The position numbers and the translations under genes were made by a program. Source: Candidatus Poribacteria bacterium (GTDB lineage Bacteria; Poribacteria; WGA-4E; PCPOR2b). From it: DNA of 64,000 nt. Positions 50,449 to 59,076 of the stretch are shown in pieces; within the stretch, counting starts at the first letter, position 1, and each line of letters begins with the position of its first letter. The notes below the pieces were generated by a model. It saw only the letters and a program-made list of their open reading frames with translations. It searched no databases and was not told where the DNA came from. The DNA lies in NCBI GenBank assembly GCA_965215015.1, contig OZ244042.1, positions 4,544,001 through 4,608,000 of the forward strand, given 5' to 3'.

Positions 50449-51605
50449 TAAGGGATTATCTTTCTCAATAGGCAATCTTCTAGCCTAGGCAAATTTTTGA
50501 CCTTGGTGTTCAGATGATCTGCAAGTTCTTCAATTGAACATTGTCCCTGATGATATCTACTGAACGCGAGTTCCATAAATTTGTAGCCTAAATACACTGC
50601 ATGGGTATTATAATAGTTTCCACCACCTGGGGATTCGCCTCCTGCCCTTCCCTCTAGGCGGGATTCATACTCCTCAGTCCATTGGGCAGTCTTCTGCCTA
50701 TAGTCCTCGGAGGTGAGGACCCCTCGATTGACCAATTTCAGCAAAATGACCGGACGACTCACTTTATAGTAACCTGCCAACTCCTCAATTGCAGTATCAT
50801 CGTAAAGTGAATCATTGAAGCGAGCTTCCAAATCGCCAGATGGTACTAGAAACTCAGCAGCAAATTGGTTGCAAAAGACCTCGATTGGCTCGCCTCCAGG
50901 GTTGATGCCTCGTGTTATACCATGTTCACCGAGTAAGAGGTGGGCCAACTCATGAAAGAGTGAGAAAATCTGTCTAACAGACGATCTACTATTGTTAAGG
51001 TAGATGACAGGAAACTGTTCGTGGACAAGGCAAAAACCATCAACGGAGTCGTCTCGGAATGCCTCCTTAAAAATGAAGAGGCCTTTTGCCTCAACACTTT
51101 CTCGCCAATTTTCTAGTGCTTCTTTTGCATCGCGCCAATTCGCTTGTATTTCAACGCTGATGCCCAAGTACGCTCGGGTTTGTTGTGCCAACTCCGTTGC
51201 TGAGGCACCAAGTTGGGCATGAAGATCGCGGAAGATTTTCATTTTCGCAGGATTCACGTCCATGTTCAGTTCCATCAATGAAAGTTGCCTCGCGTGTGCC
51301 CGACGCAACAGAATACGGATACCTGGGTCCAGTCGCTCAATCTCGGAGCTTCGTAATGCTAATTGTTCCACAAAATCCGGTTCTTCGGGAGGTTCTGGGA
51401 AGAAGAACATCGCAATGGGACGTTTGTATTTGTCAGCCAGCTTTTCAAGCTGAACATAGGTCGGCGCAGCTGCCCCGGACTCCCAGTTAGAAATGGTTGT
51501 GACATCCCTATTTAAGGATTTGGCAATTTCTTGCAGGGTGTATCCTGAGCGTTCTCTCGCCCATTTGACTATGGTGGGATTAATCCCTTGAACGTATTCA
51601 GCCAT
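50448..51605 (-). CDS. XRE HTH plus ImmA/IrrE (peptidase M78) protein
   Basis: N-terminal HTH (WARERSG...ISNWESG), FSLFHELAH, CNQFAAEFLVP; TAATG overlap with DUF4411. Confidence 0.92.
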   Translation of the reverse strand: MAEYVQGINPTIVKWARERSGYTLQEIAKSLNRDVTTISNWESGAAAPTYVQLEKLADKYKRPIAMFFFPEPPEEPDFVEQLALRSSEIERLDPGIRILLRRAHARQLSLMELNMDVNPAKMKIFRDLHAQLGASATELAQQTRAYLGISVEIQANWRDAKEALENWRESVEAKGLFIFKEAFRDDSVDGFCLVHEQFPVIYLNNSRSSVRQIFSLFHELAHLLLGEHGITRGINPGGEPIEVFCNQFAAEFLVPSGDLEARFNDSLYDDTAIEELAGYYKVSRPVILLKLVNRGVLTSEDYRQKTAQWTEEYESRLEGRAGGESPGGGNYYNTHAVYLGYKFMELAFSRYHQGQCSIEELADHLNTKVKNLPRLEDCLLRKIIP

Positions 51606-51772
51606 GAGGTTATCTCAGATATGAGGATCAAGCCTATTTGTCAGTGATGAGTATTCTACATATCGCTCCTCTGGAGCGAAAGGTAAGTACTTCGGTTTTA
51701 ACAGAAAACCGATGGATTTTCAATATATAGAACTTAGATGTAAGCACGATCCGTCGTACGCCAATTAACACA

Positions 51773-51841
51773 GAGGTTACGGCATGCGGAGTGTGCCCAC
51801 TAGACCTGGGTTAGTTTAATTCAACACGCCGGCCTGTGTGT
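51773..51841. repeat. 69-bp direct repeat, copy 1 (duplicate of Gfo gene 3' end and downstream flank)
   Basis: 66/69 identical to 54810-54878. Confidence 0.92.
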
Positions 51842-51943
51842 ATGGGAGGCGATGCCCGCGGGCGGGTTGTTCGTTCGGGCGGCGGTGTCGTGCCGGTAAT
51901 CTTCGACGCCTCTCTCGTTGGATCTTTCGGTTCTTCTTCGCAT
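51821..51943 (-). pseudogene. truncated second mod 5' end fused to the direct repeat
   Basis: MRRRTERSNERGVEDYRHDTAARTNNPPAGIASH then THRPAC*; 51842-51903 is 59/62 identical to 49803-49864 of mod. Confidence 0.85.
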
Positions 51944-52108
51944 TGAACTATTTCCTTATAGGGTGGGAGCGTGCCCCTGAAGCGGTGTTGTATGCTAGTG
52001 GTCAGTATAAGACGCTGGCACAAAGTATCAAATTATGATACAATAATATCATTATACCATATAAACCCTTTGAAGTTAAGGAGGCAACCTAGCTCAATCG
52101 GATAAACT

Positions 52109-52972
52109 ATGGCAACGCTTCGTCCAGTAGATCGTCACACAAATACCCAACTCAATGAATATCTCGTCAAGATTGAAGAAATTCTCAAAGCAGATGCACT
52201 CACAATCTTCAGCCCGATATTGAACGGTTTAGAAAATAACGTAAGAGTTGCTGTTGAATCGTTCCAGGAGCGAAAATCTAGAATAGCGATTATCTTAGAT
52301 ACGCTCGGTGGTGTCGTCGAAGTCGTTGAACGCATCGTGTCTGTTATCCGCTATCACTATAATGAGGTTGACTTTCTTATACCTGACCGTGCCATGTCTG
52401 CTGGAACCGTTCTTGTGATGGCAGGCGACCGAATCTTCATGAGTTACTTTTCGTGTTTAGGTCCCATCGATCCCCAAATTGTAAAGGACGAAAAACTTGT
52501 GCCAACCTTGTCGTATTTAAACCAATATCAGCGGTTATCCGAAAAAGCGGAGGCTGGAGAGTTGAACACTACGGAACTAGTACTTCTCGACAAACTTGAT
52601 ATAGGCGAGCTTTACCAGTTTGAGAGGGCGCGCGATTTATCACGCGACCTCCTGACCGATTGGCTCTCTACCTATAAGTTCAAGAATTGGCGTACTCACA
52701 GTTCGACAGGAGCCCCCGTTACCGAGGATCATAAAAAACAAAGAGCAAAAGAGATTGCAGCGGTGTTGGGCAACAATGAACGTTGGCACTCTCACGGGCG
52801 CATGATTTCGAGAGATACATTGATCTCAAATCAAGACCTACGCTTGAAAATCGAGAATTTTGAGGATATTCCTAATCTCTCCCCTGTGCTTGATGACTAC
52901 ATCGGCTTGCTCCAAGATTATATTCAGAGAGGGCAGTTTTCCTCGTTTGTACACACTCGCGGATATTTTTAA
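52109..52972 (+). CDS. SDH-family (ClpP/crotonase-fold) serine protease
   Basis: LDTLGG, AMSAGT, LGPIDPQ, HSHG. Confidence 0.85.
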   Translation: MATLRPVDRHTNTQLNEYLVKIEEILKADALTIFSPILNGLENNVRVAVESFQERKSRIAIILDTLGGVVEVVERIVSVIRYHYNEVDFLIPDRAMSAGTVLVMAGDRIFMSYFSCLGPIDPQIVKDEKLVPTLSYLNQYQRLSEKAEAGELNTTELVLLDKLDIGELYQFERARDLSRDLLTDWLSTYKFKNWRTHSSTGAPVTEDHKKQRAKEIAAVLGNNERWHSHGRMISRDTLISNQDLRLKIENFEDIPNLSPVLDDYIGLLQDYIQRGQFSSFVHTRGYF

Positions 52973-52992
52973 CACAAATAAGGAGGTTCACA

Positions 52993-53301
52993 ATGAAGGG
53001 CTCGCGCCAATCCCCTATCTCCACTTCCGTAGAAACAGTCAGAGATAAGGCTTCCAAGAGAGATGTCGAGGTTTCTACACCGCACGATCGGCAGGTTCGT
53101 AGAGCTATCATCGAAAACAATCCGAAGATTGATTATCGGCGTTTAGCAGAATATGAACGCCTTATTTCCGCTTCAAAAAACGTTGTCAGTGCAAAAAAAC
53201 AGGGGGGCGATTACAACTTATCGCACCCACTATCTTCCAAAGATAAACCTACCGATGCTTATCACCGCGGAAAAAGAGTGAGCTCAGATAAGAAAATCTG
53301 A
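52993..53301 (+). CDS. hypothetical small hydrophilic protein
   Basis: 102 aa, strong AAGGAGG RBS, 20 bp after the protease stop; no recognisable motif. Confidence 0.65.
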   Translation: MKGSRQSPISTSVETVRDKASKRDVEVSTPHDRQVRRAIIENNPKIDYRRLAEYERLISASKNVVSAKKQGGDYNLSHPLSSKDKPTDAYHRGKRVSSDKKI

Positions 53302-53443
53302 TCATTGCCAAAAACCAACCAATTTCACTTCTCCCCCAAGCCTCCTCTGCAAGGGTTTCCACGCAATCAGAGGGGGCTTAGGTTGACCCACTATTGGCAC
53401 CCGTCTTGGCACCTATATCTCCCCGCCATTATTTGCTTGCTCC

Positions 53444-54760
53444 TCATTGCCCCATTTCAGCTTTGCTCTTTGTCCCCCAATCGCTTATCTCATCGCTAAA
53501 AAAATATTGTGGACAATTCGTGATGTTGCCGTACTCGTCCATGTTGAGCCGCTCAATCTCAGAAGTGCCGTCATTGATTTGGCAGAAATAGAGGGCCGTA
53601 TCAGTCGCGGAAATCTCTCCCTCAGCGATGCGCCGTTGCAGGCGTCGAAGCAGATGCTCGCTGTGAGTCTCAAGGATAATCTGGAGATTCCGATTTTTCA
53701 CTATGTCAATGAGAACATCCGCCAGATCCGCCTGCGCTTTCGGATGCAGATGTGCCTCGGGTTGTTCAAGGATGAGGATGGAGCCTTCGGGAACGGAATA
53801 GCAGAGTGCCAGCGTTGGCAGGATTTGGAAGACTCCCAAACCGATGTCTGTGAGTCGGACTTCAGGACCGTCCTTGTACTTTTTGAGACGAAATTCGTAG
53901 TCCTTTTCCCCATCAGGAACAGTGTGAAGGCGGTAGGAGTCGATCAGTTCCAGTCGCTGTAACCATTTCAGTATGTGTTCGTCAATTGAGAGCAGTTGAA
54001 TCCGCCCGGAAAGCAGGGCGGCAATTGCCTGTTCCCCGTACCGCCCGACGCCTTTCGGATGTTCACCGCCGTATGCGTAGTAGTGGCGAGGCGGTTCGCG
54101 GAGCGGGCTGAGGTAGTGGATTCGGGAAAGTAGGTTTTTGAAAGCCCGCTCAAACGACAAGAAAGGGGTATCTGGCACCTTTGCCGATCCGTCACGAATG
54201 CCGTAGCATCGAAAAGGAAATGAAGATAGCACGCCCTGAACTCGATAGTTGGGAGGGCATATCAATTTGTATTGACTGTCAGAATCCCGCACTATCCCAA
54301 AAAATTCATACCCATCGGACATATAACCGAAACCATCGACAGCAACCGAATTTGTGCCTGCAGCGACAATAGTGGTTGAAAAGGAGAGTGCACCAATTTC
54401 AAGGCGATTGGAACTTCGAGGGGTTCGGGGTCGCCCCTGTCCGGCCTGACTTTCCCCTCCAATTATCAGCTTCTCAGGTAACTTCCATGATACAGAGATG
54501 TCAAGACTCAAACCCGATTTGTGCCGGTGGCTGACCTCATTAAAGCTGAATAAGTTGACCACCGACCCCTCATCGCCAAAATCGATGGTCCCATTCCAAT
54601 CCGGCGGCCGCTCCGCGGTCTGCTTGAGCATGAGTAGCGTTTGAAAAATGCTGGTTTTGCCGGAGCTATTCGCGCCGAAGAATCCGGTCAATGGAGCAAT
54701 TTGTAACTGACCCGTATCTTCCCACGACTTGAAATTCTGTGCGCTGAGTTTGGTAATCAT
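53444..54760 (-). CDS. AAA/ABC-type ATPase with C-terminal DUF3696
   Basis: NFKSW, GANSSGKT, LSPLR, LILEQPEAHLHP, ETHSEH, tail G.I..CP..FF. Confidence 0.85.
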   Translation of the reverse strand: MITKLSAQNFKSWEDTGQLQIAPLTGFFGANSSGKTSIFQTLLMLKQTAERPPDWNGTIDFGDEGSVVNLFSFNEVSHRHKSGLSLDISVSWKLPEKLIIGGESQAGQGRPRTPRSSNRLEIGALSFSTTIVAAGTNSVAVDGFGYMSDGYEFFGIVRDSDSQYKLICPPNYRVQGVLSSFPFRCYGIRDGSAKVPDTPFLSFERAFKNLLSRIHYLSPLREPPRHYYAYGGEHPKGVGRYGEQAIAALLSGRIQLLSIDEHILKWLQRLELIDSYRLHTVPDGEKDYEFRLKKYKDGPEVRLTDIGLGVFQILPTLALCYSVPEGSILILEQPEAHLHPKAQADLADVLIDIVKNRNLQIILETHSEHLLRRLQRRIAEGEISATDTALYFCQINDGTSEIERLNMDEYGNITNCPQYFFSDEISDWGTKSKAEMGQ

Positions 54761-54809
54761 AGCTTACACCTCGCTTTCTGTCTTTTTTGCACATTAGGTT
54801 CATAAAACG

Positions 54810-54878
54810 GAGGTTACGGCATACGGAGTGTGCCCATTAGGCCTGGGTTAGTTTAATTCAACACGCCGGCCTGTGTGT
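54810..54878. repeat. 69-bp direct repeat, copy 2 (native Gfo 3' end)
   Basis: 66/69 identical to 51773-51841. Confidence 0.92.
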
Positions 54879-55840
54879 GCGGATTCATGTAGCCCATCAA
54901 TCACGCGCATGTTCCATAGGGCGTCCGTCGTTGGCAGGAGCGGCGGCTTCCCGGTGGATATAGCTTCGCATAGACTCAAGAGCTCGGCGGCATACGGATT
55001 CACCCCTTCGACCGTCACCGTTTCGGCTTGACCGTTTCGTATTAACGTAAAACGACACTCACCTTCGCTGTTTCCCCATGCCTTAGGCGCGATAATTGTC
55101 CCTTCTGTGCCAGCCACCTCATAGGACTCGCGCCATGTCCAGCCAAAACTGCAATCGAACTGTCCGGTAACACCCTCGCCGAAATCGAGCGTTCCAATCA
55201 GGGTGTCCCACACATCGCTGATCGGTTCAAATTTTCCGGTCGCCCAGACGGATTGAGGTTCTGTCCCGACCATATAACGGATGACGTTGATGCAGTAGCA
55301 GCCCAAATCCATTACTGCGCCACCCCCCTGATCGCCGCGCAGCCGCCAGTTTGTTCGATCCGTCAGTCCCGTCGAAAACGTGGAGCCGGCAAAACGAACA
55401 TCGCCGATTGCGCCATCGAGGATATGCTGCTTCACAGAAAGTGTGAGAGGATGGTGGCGATACATAAATCCTTCCATCAACAACACATCAGCGGCCGATG
55501 TCACTTGAATCATCTGTTCAAGCTGCGTCGCATTGATAGCAATCGGCTTTTCGCAGAGAATTGCCTTCACCCCACCACGGACTCCCTCTAAGATATGTTT
55601 CAGGTGGAGTGTGGGCCATGTTGCGACTATCAATACGTCTGGCTTCTGCTGCTTAAGCATCTGTCTTAAATCGTTGTACGTGTTTTTAACGTTGAACTGC
55701 TCTGCGAAATTTTTGACCGCTTCAAATTTGACATCGCAGGCACCGACGAAGTCAACCTCCGGGAGGTTTTGCGAAGCCCTTCCGTGCTGGCTGGAAATCC
55801 CGCCGCAACCGACGATGGCAACTTTATACTTTTCGCTCAT
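54848..55840 (-). CDS. Gfo/Idh/MocA family oxidoreductase
   Basis: IVGCGGIS, LCEKP, MEGFMYRHHP, GGGAVMDLGCY. Confidence 0.93.
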   Translation of the reverse strand: MSEKYKVAIVGCGGISSQHGRASQNLPEVDFVGACDVKFEAVKNFAEQFNVKNTYNDLRQMLKQQKPDVLIVATWPTLHLKHILEGVRGGVKAILCEKPIAINATQLEQMIQVTSAADVLLMEGFMYRHHPLTLSVKQHILDGAIGDVRFAGSTFSTGLTDRTNWRLRGDQGGGAVMDLGCYCINVIRYMVGTEPQSVWATGKFEPISDVWDTLIGTLDFGEGVTGQFDCSFGWTWRESYEVAGTEGTIIAPKAWGNSEGECRFTLIRNGQAETVTVEGVNPYAAELLSLCEAISTGKPPLLPTTDALWNMRVIDGLHESAHTGRRVELN

Positions 55841-55873
55841 GGTTTCTCCTTATCAACAGATCGGGTACCCACT

Positions 55874-56851
55874 TCATCCTATACTGGATATCGACACAGG
55901 TTCTCCTGTCTCGCCTGACTGAATCGCCGCCAGTGAAATCGCTAAACTCTTAACGGCATCGCTGTAGGAACTGAGAATCTTAGACGCCTCCCCCCTGCGG
56001 ATAGCATCGACAAATACCTCGTCAATCCCTGGGCCCGGTGCCGTTTTGGTAACGACTTTTCCACCTTCCCTCACATCCAAACCACCGACACCCCAGTGGA
56101 TGAGTTGATTCTCATACAAGATATCTAGCACATTTGCATGTGCCCAATCCCCCGGGTCGTAGGACCAAGAGGTGGTCAACGATCCAACCGCACCGTTGGT
56201 GAACTTCATTGTCACACAGTCGTTGTCCGGGCAATCAATCGCTTTCAAGACGCGGTTCGCACTGATTGCGTAGACCTCGGCCACCTCACCGACAAGATAA
56301 CGCATCATATCAATAGTGTGGGTTGCTTGTTCTAACATCTGTCCACCGGATTTGCTCATCTGACGATGCCAAGTGTTGGGATCACCGCGACCAGTTCCAG
56401 ACCAATATTTGCCGATAACCATATTAACCGTTTTCTCACTGAGCATCTGACGCGCCAGTTGCGTTGGCCCCAGATAGCGGAGTTGGTAGCCAACGCAGGT
56501 GATAATACCGGCGGCGTTCACCGCCGCTTCAATTTGCCGGGCGATCTCCATGTTGACCGCTACCGGCTTTTCAACAAGAAACGGCAATCCACGCTCGACC
56601 ACGTCCAACTCCGGCGTTCCGTGTGCAAACACTGGAAGACTGAGGTATATGCCATCAAGGTCGTCGCGCTCGAGCATGAGGTTGTGATTGATGTAAGGTT
56701 GGGCATCATAACGTTCGGCTGCATTTCGTGCGCGTTCTTCCTGAACATCGCAGGTCCCAACGATACGGACACCTTCCAGATCAGACAACCGTTGCATGTG
56801 TCCATTCGCGTTGCCGCCACAACCGATAAAACCGATTCTAACTTCTTGCAT
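55874..56851 (-). CDS. Gfo/Idh/MocA family oxidoreductase
   Basis: FIGCGGNA, LVEKP, VGYQLRY, SGGQMLEQATH. Confidence 0.93.
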   Translation of the reverse strand: MQEVRIGFIGCGGNANGHMQRLSDLEGVRIVGTCDVQEERARNAAERYDAQPYINHNLMLERDDLDGIYLSLPVFAHGTPELDVVERGLPFLVEKPVAVNMEIARQIEAAVNAAGIITCVGYQLRYLGPTQLARQMLSEKTVNMVIGKYWSGTGRGDPNTWHRQMSKSGGQMLEQATHTIDMMRYLVGEVAEVYAISANRVLKAIDCPDNDCVTMKFTNGAVGSLTTSWSYDPGDWAHANVLDILYENQLIHWGVGGLDVREGGKVVTKTAPGPGIDEVFVDAIRRGEASKILSSYSDAVKSLAISLAAIQSGETGEPVSISSIG

Positions 56852-57189
56852 TGCTTCCCTCTTCTAATCCGTGATTGATTTTCTCCTCAAATTGTAGCAA
56901 ATCAGCGCGCATCCGTCAATCCCTTTATCCTAAGCACAAGCTGTGATTCTTCCGTCGGTCGCACACTGCCATAAGAGGGTCAATTTTAATCATTCATACT
57001 TAGACGTTTCGCCACAATTCTCGTCATAGAAATAACGCACTGAATTGGGTTCCACTAAACCTATTTTTAAGCAGGTGTTGTTGAAAGCGGGAGCCTCTAT
57101 TGCGGTTGATAGGGATTGGCTTTTAACCGTTCAACCTACAGGGCTGTTTAAAGTTCACTTTGTAGATTGCTATTCGCGTCAAAAGAGGG

Positions 57190-57218
57190 TTGACAGGAAA
57201 CAATCCGAGGGGTAATAT
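57190..57218 (+). promoter_or_regulatory. sigma70-type promoter for the TPR/metallopeptidase gene
   Basis: TTGACA-N17-TAATAT about 125 bp upstream of the start. Confidence 0.55.
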
Positions 57219-57342
57219 TGGGTTTCAGCTGATTGTATTAGGAAAAAAGGACGCAAGCAGGTGAGACAAAAAAAAGAAGATAGAAAGACCGAAATTCAAT
57301 CTTTATCGAAAGGAATTAGAGATTTCTAGGTACTCGAAGAAC

Positions 57343-59037
57343 GTGCAAGACATCGGTGGATTGTTCCGATTTTTCGGCGGCATCGGTCTGTTGTTGTGTT
57401 ATCTAGCGGTAGAAAGTGTTTGTGCGGATGACTATTTCGACAGGATAACGGTCGCCTCCAATGGGCGTTTGACGCGGTTTGCTCACAACCGGATTATGGT
57501 CTATGCGGATACCATCCCATTTGAAGCGAAGGGTTACCAGGAAGCATTGGGCAAATCGCTATCGATCTGGGAGAAGGCGATCCAAGGGAAGCTGCGATTT
57601 CAATTCACCCCGGACGCTGCTGCCGCAGATATTCGGATTAAGTGGGCATATCAGCAGGATCGGCAACGTAACAACGAATACATCGGCGAGGCAATGTTAG
57701 TTCGAGACACGGAGGGATTTCATGTGGAAATTGAGGTTTCTCTGCGGGACAGAACGTCGCTGAAGCCCCACCCACCTGAGATGGTCCAAGCTGCCTTGCT
57801 CCATGAAATTGGACACGCCATTGGGCTATGGGGGCACAGCGATAATCCAAACGATGTGATGTATTTCGCCTCAACAGCGAAAGCACCAACAGCGCAAGAT
57901 ATTGCAACATGGACAAAGGTGAATGAAACGCCGGTAGATGCTCCCTTTCACGAACATGCCCTCCGAGCCCTACAGGCTAAAATTGAAGAAAATTCAACGC
58001 TGGCCAGCAATCACTACCTAATCGGCATGGTTTACGCGGACCTAGGCGATTATCACCTGGCAATTAGCTCCTTCCAACGAGCCCTCAAGATCGAGCCGCA
58101 GCTCGGCGTTTCATCGGTGCAGATTGCCCAGATTTTCCAGCAGAAGGGAATATACGACCAAGCAATCAAACACTACACGCAGGCGTTGGAAACATCACCC
58201 TCAGCCGAAGTGTTTGGCGCGTTAGGAACGCTTTGGCTGCTTCAGGATGAGTTCGATCAGGCGGTGAACTCCCTTCAACGCGCGCTTGCTTTCGATCCAA
58301 ATTCCGCAACCCTAAACCAGAATCTCCTAGCAGCATACCATCGTTGGGGAGTCCACTACCTGAAAACGGACCAGCTTTCAGAGGCGTTCAAATGTTTTGA
58401 GCGTGGCTTGAAGCGATTCCCATTTTCTGAAATCCTGCTTTCAGATCGTGCTGCGACCCACACCTCCGCAGGGGAATACGAAAAAGCCTTGGACATCTAT
58501 CAGCGGGTGCTCCAGATTAACCCTGAATATACCGAGGCAAAGATTGGGATGGGAACCACATTAAACAATTGGGGATCACAATACGCACGCAACAAAGACT
58601 GGGAACAGGCACTCGCATGTTATCAGCGGGCACTGGAACACGATCCGGGCTGCCAATCAGCACTTCAGAACTTGGGCGAGACACTGATGCGCATCGGTTG
58701 GGAACAGGGGACAAACGGAGATGTAGAGGGAGCAATCAGTACTTACCAAAAACTGATAACAGTTGCCCCCAATAATGCGGAGGCGCACAATAATTTGGGC
58801 GTCATCCATTTCAAAAAACGGGAGTACAGCAGCGCAAAAGCCTACTTTGAAACGGCACTTGCCCTGGACTCAAACTATGATGAAGCACAGACGAATTTGA
58901 ATTATGTGAGGCGAGAACAGGTTTATGACCTGCTGAAGCAGCGGATTATACCGGTGACGATTGTTTTATTGGTGGGACTTATTGTTGCGAGGTGGATTGG
59001 TAGGCGGCGGAAAACGACGAGTTCGCATCAGTCGTAG
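57343..59037 (+). CDS. matrixin-like zinc metallopeptidase with TPR repeats and C-terminal membrane anchor
   Basis: Signal-like N-terminus, ADIRI, HEIGHAIGLWGHS, Met-turn DVMY, many TPRs, TM plus RRRK tail. Confidence 0.85.
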   Translation: MQDIGGLFRFFGGIGLLLCYLAVESVCADDYFDRITVASNGRLTRFAHNRIMVYADTIPFEAKGYQEALGKSLSIWEKAIQGKLRFQFTPDAAAADIRIKWAYQQDRQRNNEYIGEAMLVRDTEGFHVEIEVSLRDRTSLKPHPPEMVQAALLHEIGHAIGLWGHSDNPNDVMYFASTAKAPTAQDIATWTKVNETPVDAPFHEHALRALQAKIEENSTLASNHYLIGMVYADLGDYHLAISSFQRALKIEPQLGVSSVQIAQIFQQKGIYDQAIKHYTQALETSPSAEVFGALGTLWLLQDEFDQAVNSLQRALAFDPNSATLNQNLLAAYHRWGVHYLKTDQLSEAFKCFERGLKRFPFSEILLSDRAATHTSAGEYEKALDIYQRVLQINPEYTEAKIGMGTTLNNWGSQYARNKDWEQALACYQRALEHDPGCQSALQNLGETLMRIGWEQGTNGDVEGAISTYQKLITVAPNNAEAHNNLGVIHFKKREYSSAKAYFETALALDSNYDEAQTNLNYVRREQVYDLLKQRIIPVTIVLLVGLIVARWIGRRRKTTSSHQS

Positions 59038-59076
59038 GACAGCAGGGCAAATCTTATGCTCCCTTTCTTTGAGGGG

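Noticed and set aside
51811-52023. 70-aa ORF ending HTGRRVELN
   Set aside because: Chimera of an off-frame mod remnant and the duplicated Gfo tail.
51773-54878. Integrase-driven island with attL/attR
   Set aside because: No integrase or transposase in the interval, and the duplicated mod start indicates fusion of two allelic loci rather than simple site-specific integration.
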